A DNA stretch of 64,000 bases from Candidatus Heimdallarchaeota archaeon. Its GTDB lineage: Archaea; Asgardarchaeota; Heimdallarchaeia; JABLTI01. Below are positions 1 to 8,031 of the stretch, one piece after another. The notes beneath the pieces were generated by a model, which ran no database searches, was not told where the DNA came from, and was given only the letters and a program-made list of their open reading frames with translations. The translations under genes were made by a program, and so were the position numbers. The DNA lies in contig JAHLVW010000059.1 of the NCBI GenBank assembly GCA_019058275.1, forward strand, positions 1 to 64,000, read 5' to 3'. The first letter of the stretch is position 1, and each line of letters begins with the position of its first letter.

Positions 1-1085
1 CATGAAATGTTAATTATATGTACAATATTTGGAATATTCATTCCCAATTCTAGCAAAGATGTTGCAAATAAAAACCTGATAGTGCCATTATAAATTCCTT
101 TTAGTATGCTTGTTTTTTCTTTGTTGTTTAATTGACTGTTAATGCAAGCAAATGGTGAATGTATTTTTAGAATTTCATCTGGAATATTTGTTTTTTTCTT
201 TAGCAATTCATTGCATTTTGCAACCAACTCACCTACCTTTCGAATATCATCAACAAAGATAACACAAACTCCTTTTACCTTACGCAAGTAGGGATCTATT
301 TTTTCTAAAAGTAGATCTTCTATTGATTCTGGCTGTAGGAGCATTACCCTTACGGAACCTCTTGTAGCATTTCCTGTAATAATTTGGGCAGAAGGAAGAA
401 ATTTATCACGAAAAGTCTCGACTTCTTTTACAGTAGCAGAAGCTAGAATAACTCTTAGCTTAGGATTAATTCTTTTAAAGATAGCAATTATTTCACGAAC
501 ATGAGCAAGATACCCACCTGAACCTGCATGAATTTCATCAACAACAAAAGCACCAGCATTTAACAACCAATCTAAAAAATCATTATTGCTTTCTTTAAAG
601 AAACGATAAAATAGTTTGTCAATCGTTGCTAGAATAATATTAGGTTTGCTCTTTTCTATGAATTCAATTTCCTTTCGTTTTAAATCACCATTGTATCTGC
701 TGTAGGTAATTTTTTTTCCTGTTGCTTCATGAATTTTATTGCAATATTTGGCAATTCGTTTTTCTTGGTCCTCTGCTAATTGCTTAGTTGGATAGATAAT
801 AATAGCACAGTTAATCTTACCATTAATGACCTCCTCCAAAATCGGGAATAAAAATGCTTCAGATTTACCTGAACCTGTTCCGACTGCAAGGAAGCAATCA
901 TTTCCTTTAAGTACAGTTCCAATGGCTTCTAATTGATAAGAGTAAAGCTTATTTGGAAATATTTCTTGAATACTTTTGCCAATTTCCTTTAATCCTACTT
1001 CATCACTACCTATATAATAATCTGATACATAACACTTCGATGGTGGTAAATCAAAAACTGATTTCACGAGTGCTCCATTAGACAT
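1..1085 (-). CDS. SF2 DEAD/DEAH-box helicase (Hrq1/SftH/Lhr-like), 3' end runs off the window
   Basis: Not in the ORF track; translated by hand from ATG 1085: MSNGALVKSV...LYSYQLEAI (Q motif), AVGTGSGKS (Walker A), IYPTKQLAEDQ (Ia), VVDEIH (II), LASAT (III), ATSLLELGMNI (V). Open to position 1. Confidence 0.9.
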   Translation of the reverse strand, partial: MSNGALVKSVFDLPPSKCYVSDYYIGSDEVGLKEIGKSIQEIFPNKLYSYQLEAIGTVLKGNDCFLAVGTGSGKSEAFLFPILEEVINGKINCAIIIYPTKQLAEDQEKRIAKYCNKIHEATGKKITYSRYNGDLKRKEIEFIEKSKPNIILATIDKLFYRFFKESNNDFLDWLLNAGAFVVDEIHAGSGGYLAHVREIIAIFKRINPKLRVILASATVKEVETFRDKFLPSAQIITGNATRGSVRVMLLQPESIEDLLLEKIDPYLRKVKGVCVIFVDDIRKVGELVAKCNELLKKKTNIPDEILKIHSPFACINSQLNNKEKTSILKGIYNGTIRFLFATSLLELGMNIPNIVHIINIS

Positions 1086-1088
1086 TTC

Positions 1089-1640
1089 TTATCCCACCAC
1101 TATTCTTGCTCCAACAATGTATTCCCAAATTGAATTAAGCTTGCCCTTCAGATATAGCTCGAATTTCTCATCAAAATCCATTGGTGAATACTTCTCAACA
1201 ATTTCATCAATTACTGATTCAATCATTTCAAATTGCTCATTCACTTCAATAAATTCCAATTGACCAAGCAATTCCTTGATTTCTTTCTGAAGGAGCTCTT
1301 CTTGTTTCTTTATCTCAGAATTTCTCAGAAAATTGTCTGCTATTTCATCAAGCTTCTTATAATCAAATAGCAACTCAGAAGGAAATTCTTTTCCTTTAAT
1401 CAAACAATTATATAGCTTGTTTAGATGAGCCAAAGATTCTTCTTTTATTCCATATCTATATTGATTTTTTCTTCCCAGACGCCAAATCAGCTTGTCTTTT
1501 TGCAATGCCTTGAGTGTAAGATATGTTTCACTGAGAGGTAAGTTTACCTCTATAGAGATCTCTTTTGCGCTCTTAGGATGAATTGCGCCTAACTCATTAT
1601 AATCCTTAAGTAAAAAGAGCATTACTCCAAATTTATCCAT
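1089..1640 (-). CDS. Winged-helix DNA-binding protein with helical C-terminus
   Basis: SAKEISIEVNLPLSETYLTLKALQKDKLIWRLGRKNQYRYGI has wHTH spacing. Overlaps the upstream stop and ends 3 nt before the helicase start. Confidence 0.6.
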   Translation of the reverse strand: MDKFGVMLFLLKDYNELGAIHPKSAKEISIEVNLPLSETYLTLKALQKDKLIWRLGRKNQYRYGIKEESLAHLNKLYNCLIKGKEFPSELLFDYKKLDEIADNFLRNSEIKKQEELLQKEIKELLGQLEFIEVNEQFEMIESVIDEIVEKYSPMDFDEKFELYLKGKLNSIWEYIVGARIVVG

Positions 1641-3118
1641 GATACAGGTAGCTCCAATAATGTTTCACTATATTCTTTAGTAATTGGTGATAATTGACCG
1701 ATTTTTTTGCCATGTTTTAGAAGGTGCTTATCTTCTCTATCAGTAAATAAGAATGCAAGTTTCTCAAAATTAGCAATTTCATGGTTTACCCTTTGATCTA
1801 TATGTTTTGATCTCATCCAAACCAATGGTTGAAAGTCAAGTTTTTGGATTTCCTCTTGACAGATTTGAAAAGTACATTCACCTAAGTCATCCCTTACTTT
1901 TGCTGGCAAATATTCCCATTCTAACATTAACCGCCAAAGTTTAACCGCAAAATTATTCCCCAAGTCTGAACCTCTGATAAGCAGATGTTCCTCTTCTAAC
2001 CTATCACCAATATTCGATAACAAAAGATCAAATTCATCAATTTCTTCCCTGCAAGCATCTCTAAAAGAGGAATAATGTTTTCCTCTATGATAACATGAGC
2101 TTTCGAAAAGTTCTTCCTTCTTCTCATAAAGGATATCGCATCCAAATCTTGAAACGATATAAAGATTCTCTCCTTTGAAACCTCTTAATCGATCAACTTC
2201 ATCTCGAGTAATTTCTTCAGCTAATATTGCATCGACCAGTTTAGTGTGCCCTGCTTTCTTTAAGGAATCGCAAAGATCTAATGGCAATCCCATCCAAGAA
2301 AGGTCTGAATAATAACTGAAATGAGAAAATCCACCAACTCCTAAATAGTTAATATTTTTCTCTTCAAGAAGCTTCCACATTTCTTCCTCATAGAACTGGT
2401 ATGTTGTATTAAATAAGGCATCTGCAGATGTTCGAGCCATACTATTATAATTTCCTACCATGCGTTTTAGTTGGTAGAGTCTGTCAGAAATACGATGGCT
2501 TATTTTAAAATTAAATGGTTCTATCAGCTTGTTAGTAAATTTCCAGAGAATTTCTGCTACAAGACCTTCTGCTGAATTGCATAGCATGTTTGCATGACTA
2601 TGATAACCATAGAGATGTGCATCTCCAATTTTATCTACATACTTTTGTAACGCTCTTTGTTCAGGTATCATTCCTTGCAAGGTAAAAATTATACTAAGAT
2701 CACTTTTTATTGCTGATTTTAAGTAAAGATTGTTGAATCCATTGCTTAATCTTATTGCATCAACATAAATTGCTCTCCTGGGTTCTATTCTTTCGACATT
2801 AAACCAACTGCTTAAGTGAGTTTTTCGTTCATAATAACAACCATGGTCAAGTAATCTTTGTTTTATCTCTTCTTGAATACCTGCATAATCATAGATGAAT
2901 TTAATATCTTCTAGTTTATATCTAATATCTCCAATAAAGAGATCATCATTGATTATTCTTACATCATATCCTTGATATATTGTTATGCCTAAATTAGTTC
3001 TTGCTTTTTCTATCTCTTCAACTCCCAAGCCTGTTAACTGATATATCTGGTCATAAAGTATATGACTGCTATCTTTTATGCATTTTACATATTGTTTTTT
3101 GGTATTTTTTTTATTCAT
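1622..3118 (-). CDS. cas1: Highly diverged Cas1/casposase-like integrase (solo, no CRISPR)
   Basis: Cas1-like N-terminal beta domain (YDVRIINDDLFIGDIRYKLEDIKFI...LLDHG), then NSAEGLVAEILW (E184), SADALFNTTY (cf. DPvNAlLNYgY), GGFSH (H266), LPLDLCDSLK (D281/D284, cf. LvyDLmEpfR) and C-terminal DFQP, in Cas1 order and spacing. Confidence 0.72.
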   Translation of the reverse strand: MNKKNTKKQYVKCIKDSSHILYDQIYQLTGLGVEEIEKARTNLGITIYQGYDVRIINDDLFIGDIRYKLEDIKFIYDYAGIQEEIKQRLLDHGCYYERKTHLSSWFNVERIEPRRAIYVDAIRLSNGFNNLYLKSAIKSDLSIIFTLQGMIPEQRALQKYVDKIGDAHLYGYHSHANMLCNSAEGLVAEILWKFTNKLIEPFNFKISHRISDRLYQLKRMVGNYNSMARTSADALFNTTYQFYEEEMWKLLEEKNINYLGVGGFSHFSYYSDLSWMGLPLDLCDSLKKAGHTKLVDAILAEEITRDEVDRLRGFKGENLYIVSRFGCDILYEKKEELFESSCYHRGKHYSSFRDACREEIDEFDLLLSNIGDRLEEEHLLIRGSDLGNNFAVKLWRLMLEWEYLPAKVRDDLGECTFQICQEEIQKLDFQPLVWMRSKHIDQRVNHEIANFEKLAFLFTDREDKHLLKHGKKIGQLSPITKEYSETLLELPVSWINLE

Positions 3119-3144
3119 TTTTATCTCTCAACTAGTTAATTTAA

Positions 3145-5251
3145 TCAATTTCTCTCCTGTACTAGCTTAAATGCTGAGCCGCATCTTGAGCAACGTGTTT
3201 GAATTGATCCTTGCTGAGGAAACGCAGCATTGCCTAATGCCTTTAGTGGGACCTTTTCTTTACGTTCACTGCAGAATGGGCAAAAATGTGTGAATTCTTC
3301 CTCCCCGTCTGCTGAATAACCATCAAATCTTTTAGGCACTATTTTATTGAATTCATCAATGGTGAAATGGATCTCTAAAATATCTGCCTTTAGAAATGCC
3401 TCGCAAGCAACAGTATTTTTTCTAAGAATCGAGGTTGAAATATAGCCCATTTTGTCTTTTGGAACCTTTCGCTCTGCAGTATCTCTCACTTCTCGCCAAA
3501 AATTGCAGCAGTTTTTATTGAAATGGGTAGCAGTTGCCACATTTCTCAAAGAAATGCTTTGGGATTTCTTTTGTTGAATAGTATGTAACGCTTCTCCCAA
3601 TTGGTGGTTTTACTGTAATAGTGTTTAGTGATAATGAACTGTTTTTTTCAAGATTATCCAATGCTAGTTCAACATCTGAATTCAGTAATGAGAGGTTGAG
3701 AGCAATTTGTGTTCTAGTTAATGGTTGTGTTGCATATTCTAGTTCTTCCTTTATTGCTTGCTCGATAGCTAATCTATCTTTCTTTCCAACTAATGGTTCA
3801 TCTAATATTTCGAGATTTTGAACTATTGCTTTGCTAATGAGAGTGAAGTTCTTTTTAGCTCCTGGTGACATTTGGTCTTGAAAACTTACTAATAATCTAT
3901 AAACTTTAAAAACGGAATAGCTATCTTGTGTTCGTGAAAGAATTTTAGCAATTGTTTCTTCTTCATCATTCTTTTTTGTTTTTAGTCTTCCAAGCAGTAT
4001 TTGTAGATCATTGTAAGCTAATCTTCCATCAGTAAAATTATGAAATATTTCTGAAATAATGTTCCAATCTATAATATCATTTTGTGTTCTGTTTTTGATA
4101 TCTAATAATACGCCAATTGGATCTTCTTGTATTTCTTTGAAATATGTCGATGCTATAAGGAATTTCTTGCCAAATGTGGTAAGAGTATATTTTCCTGAAT
4201 TTCCATTGGCTCTCAAAACTAAAGCGAATTTTCCTAGACTTTGTTGGCACAATTCAAATAAACATTCAGAGGAATATGTTGATTTAAATAATTCCTCAAA
4301 TAAAATTTCTTGAAGAAATTCTGGATTGGTTCTTGACTCGTGAGTATTTTGAAGCAAACGATAGTTAGCTGAATTTTGTATTCGTTTCGTTAATTGTTTT
4401 TTAGTAGGATGACCTGAATAAAGTCTTAGTAACATAGAATATGGGAGAACATATCGCAGATTTTCTTTAATAGAATGTCTATCCATATAAGAACTAAAAT
4501 CAAGCTCATGATCTCCCGTAATTTTAGCTGTTGTTGTTACCTTTAGCATGCTCTTCTGTTCATCTAAAGAAACTATTCCAGGAGAGATATAATGCATTCT
4601 AATGTTTAAGTTATTCATTCTTCTCTTAAAAAACAATATCCCATCTATATCAAAAGTTGTGAAACTCTCTGTAGCTCTTCTTAGAGATCTGTTTTCACCA
4701 AAAGGATCAACAAAAATATACGCATTGGTAAGTGGTAAAGTAACTCTGTTCTTTAATTCTACTACGGAACTTTTCCGATAGAGTAAATTTCGAAGAAGGT
4801 TATCATAGCTTGTAATTATTATACAGTCATTAGCTGAAGGATAACTGTTTCCTTTGAATTTTGAAAAAGTGGAAGCAACACGAATAGCATATTTATCTAT
4901 TGGAGGAGAAATAGTTTCATTTGTTAAGTCATCACTGGAAAAGTTATTCTTTTGATGTGGATTGAGTATGTTGTATATTTTTCTTGCTTCAGCAGAAGTT
5001 CGAACCACAATTAATGATGAAGTATTGACAAAACGAGCATTCAGAAGAGCTAAAGTAACAGCAATTTGCAATTGCTCATCTAGATCTGGTGTTGCAAAAA
5101 GCAAGTCTTCTCTGCAATTAACAGCTTTTCGAATACTTTCTTTGTCAATGTTTGAAGGAAATGGAAAATCTCGCAGAACTGTAGTAATAGCTTTAGGTAG
5201 AGCATTTATGAATCCCAAGTTAATCCCCCTTATTATCTTGTAGAAAATCAT
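3145..5251 (-). CDS. Probable single ~700-aa gene split by a +1 frameshift at ~3525: inactivated Hel308/Ski2-like helicase domain, winged helix, wHTH, Cys cluster, Zn ribbon
   Basis: Track ORFs 3515..5251 and 3145..3600 overlap. Removing one C from TACCCAT gives CGNCYHFNKNCCNFW. The N-terminus follows the SF2 RecA1 layout with degenerate motifs (ATPDLDEQ for Walker A, IIITSYDNL, IFVDP for DExH). C-terminal CPFC...CSRC. Confidence 0.55.
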
Positions 5252-5852
5252 TTAGTGTAGGAATTTTAGTTACGCTTGTTCCTTCGCTGAATACTCTAAT
5301 TATGGACTTAAAAGAGTCTTTGATTTCATCTTTTGAAGAGTCTGATAAATCAAAGTTATCAGTTAATTCATTCAGCAAATCTTCTCGAAGGTCTGATAAA
5401 TAATCGTCCTTTGACTTTAAACAATCTAAAATTGACTGAAGATGCTCTTTAACATCTTGTAACTTCTCAATTCTTGTGGAATCTACCTTATGTTTTTGAG
5501 TTAAAGAAACTTCATGATGAGGTTGGAATAAACTCATTATAAACCTGAATAATGGATTATTGACTTTAACTCGATAAGATTGAGTATTTGATCGTGGAAG
5601 CTTTATTAAAATGCCAAATTCTATAAAAGATAAAACTAAACGATCTATTGTTCTAGAAGATAAGGATAATTTTTCATCGAATTTGAAAGTGTTTAATGAA
5701 GGATAATAATATCTACCATGTTTTATAGCGCTGTTAAATAAGTATTTGCAGAAAATTTTCACCAAGTTTGTAATTTTAACCCTTACACTTGGCAATTCCT
5801 TGTAAATGTCCTTTTCTTGAGCTATTGATGATTCCGAAGACATTATTCTCAT
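5220..5852 (-). CDS. Hypothetical protein with probable wHTH; first gene of the Cas1 operon
   Basis: LSLSSRTIDRLVLSFIEFGILIKLPRSNTQSYRV resembles a wHTH recognition helix plus wing; overlaps the next gene. Confidence 0.5.
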   Translation of the reverse strand: MRIMSSESSIAQEKDIYKELPSVRVKITNLVKIFCKYLFNSAIKHGRYYYPSLNTFKFDEKLSLSSRTIDRLVLSFIEFGILIKLPRSNTQSYRVKVNNPLFRFIMSLFQPHHEVSLTQKHKVDSTRIEKLQDVKEHLQSILDCLKSKDDYLSDLREDLLNELTDNFDLSDSSKDEIKDSFKSIIRVFSEGTSVTKIPTLNDFLQDNKGD

Positions 5853-6163
5853 ACTCTTTCTATCAAGTTTTGTTTAAAAAGCGCTAAATTCGTCAGAAAA
5901 CAGAAAGAAAAATGAATTATGAGGATTAAAATCATCAAAAACCAGAAACAAGATTATGAAGAATATGAAGCATTCGCCAATAGACAAAAAGGCTCAAAAA
6001 ATCAGTCAAAAAAGAAGGCAGGAGAAGGCTTCTTTTTATATAGCGGAAGGTTACTTTAAGTCCCTTTAGAATTAACAAAATGATGTAATTTTGTATTTTT
6101 TACTGTTTTTTTGTTTTTTTTCTGTAGAGGTACTCACAAACAATTTATCTTCTTTGTTTCTCT

Positions 6164-6243
6164 CTGAAGCTCGTGTCGAAGACGACTGTAAAAGGAGGTC
6201 TCCACGAAGTGGAGGAAATAGGTCGCACGAGGGGAGCGTTCAG
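6164..6243 (+). other. GC-rich nested hairpin cluster with cGAAg triloops
   Basis: CTGAA(6164-68)/TTCAG(6239-43), CTCGTG(6170-75)/CACGAG(6226-31), CTCCAC-GAA-GTGGAG(6200-14) and GTC-GAA-GAC(6175-83) in otherwise very AT-rich DNA. Confidence 0.6.
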
Positions 6244-6356
6244 TGACTGAGAAGGATGGAATAGGAAATAGTTACACTTTCAGATTTTGAGGGTAATTCT
6301 AAAGTCTTCTTTCTGCTCAACATTTCGGAATTGCTCTTCAAATCTCTAAATTATTT

Positions 6357-7970
6357 CTATTCTTTTTTAATTCGAAAGAATGTTGTTATATATTGATAGA
6401 GAACTGAATTTTGTAGTTGGTTATTTGTTACTTTCACACCAAAATAGTCACTAAGTGTTTTGTGTAAGTCAGTCTTTTTTTCAGCCGGTTGTTTAATAAG
6501 TAGATACCTTCTTCTTATTGCTAAGTTTTTTACTAGATTCAACAATTTCTCATTTGGTTGCAAATCTAATCGTGCCATAGCTTTTCGAGAACGAAAATAC
6601 TCTAATTTATTTTCAACTAGAAACTGCATTAATTGTTCAGAGGTATTTAGTAATTTTGGTAAGAGTTTTACTAGAAGAGGAAGGGGAAAACTATTACGTC
6701 TTTCATAAGCTGCTAAATGTCCTTTAGGTATAGTTAGAAAGTCTGCGAGCTCTTGTTGAGTCCACGACCAAATCTTCCGGACTGTTCTCATGAATTCTGT
6801 ACAATTATTAACATTTAGATTAGGGATGAGTGCAAAATTAAAATAAGATTCACCATTTAGCGTAATGATGGTTTCAAGATTGATATTATCAATTCGGTAC
6901 TTGTTTGGATCTTCAATTAAATGAAGCCTTTTTTTAGAAAGATATCGATGATATTCCTTTCGTTTTAGGGGGTGTCTTGGGTGCAAAAACTTGCTTAGAA
7001 GATCTTTAGAAGTTGCTTTAATATCTAATGAATAACTAGTGCCAAATTCAGTATTGATAGTTCGAGTGGAATATTTTATGTTATAGTTAGTGAGGACTTT
7101 TACAAATTCCTTAACAAAAAACTTAGAAGAAGAGCAGAAATTAACGTTGTTCTTATAACTGCCATCTGCATCTAAAACACCACTCCAAAACTCCCATCGC
7201 AGTTTTTCATCTGAAACAAAAATGAGAGGTTCTCGTAATGCATGGTATTTTTTACCGGTAATAGGTTGATCAGTTAAGAAATTGACCAATCGTACAAGCC
7301 ATTTATTGTTTAAGTGAAGCAACCAGACATTTTTCTCTCCAGTAATTGATCCCTCAAGACTAAAAAGAGACATTGCTAGTGCTTGTAGCATGAGTATATG
7401 TTCTTGTGAGAAATCAACCAATTCAATATTATGATAATTGAGATGACCATCACCAATAACAATTCCGAGGAAATAAGCTAAATCATCTATCAGTTTTGTA
7501 GGCATGCGAAATTGTTCTCCACGAGCAGATTGGAAAGGAACATGATCTTGGCTGAGGAAATCTTGCCAGAAATCACACAACCGGAAAAGAGGAAAAGGTA
7601 ATCGTTGTTGATTCTCTGTATAATCAATGATTTTTTGCTGCCATTTCTTGATAGAGTAATCAATAGCTGTATCTTGGAAATAATAATGGCATCTCTCAGC
7701 TACCTTCAGTGACTGTTTGCGTAAATTGAGCGCTAAATTAGATGGAAGAGAAATATAAGGCAACCGCTGAAGCTGTCGCTTTCCTGCAAGAAAGTCGTGC
7801 TTGCGAACCATAATGGTATAAAGGTTAAGGATGTTTGGTTTAAGGAATATCTTTGATTGTTTGTGCTGTTCTATTAGTTTGTTTGCTGTCAGCCAATCAT
7901 TTTCCTTTGTTGGATTTGAATCTATAAGCAATGGATCCTTTGACCAGTGGAGATGAGTGGTAATTTTCAT
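6357..7970 (-). CDS. Free-standing double-motif LAGLIDADG endonuclease with C-terminal XRE-type HTH
   Basis: LAYFLGIVIGDG and EFWSGVLDADGS motifs; WSWTQQELADFLTIPKGHLAAYER HTH; GGAGGA SD upstream; no intein splice residues. Confidence 0.8.
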   Translation of the reverse strand: MKITTHLHWSKDPLLIDSNPTKENDWLTANKLIEQHKQSKIFLKPNILNLYTIMVRKHDFLAGKRQLQRLPYISLPSNLALNLRKQSLKVAERCHYYFQDTAIDYSIKKWQQKIIDYTENQQRLPFPLFRLCDFWQDFLSQDHVPFQSARGEQFRMPTKLIDDLAYFLGIVIGDGHLNYHNIELVDFSQEHILMLQALAMSLFSLEGSITGEKNVWLLHLNNKWLVRLVNFLTDQPITGKKYHALREPLIFVSDEKLRWEFWSGVLDADGSYKNNVNFCSSSKFFVKEFVKVLTNYNIKYSTRTINTEFGTSYSLDIKATSKDLLSKFLHPRHPLKRKEYHRYLSKKRLHLIEDPNKYRIDNINLETIITLNGESYFNFALIPNLNVNNCTEFMRTVRKIWSWTQQELADFLTIPKGHLAAYERRNSFPLPLLVKLLPKLLNTSEQLMQFLVENKLEYFRSRKAMARLDLQPNEKLLNLVKNLAIRRRYLLIKQPAEKKTDLHKTLSDYFGVKVTNNQLQNSVLYQYITTFFRIKKE

Positions 7971-8031
7971 GTCCTCCTAGGAATTAGTTAGGGATTTCAA
8001 TTCTTAAATACCTCTTTGTACAACCATTGAA

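Noticed and set aside
6357-7970. Intein or intron-encoded ORF
   Set aside because: No N-terminal Cys/Ser splice block, no C-terminal His-Asn, no flanking extein or RNA gene; it has its own SD.
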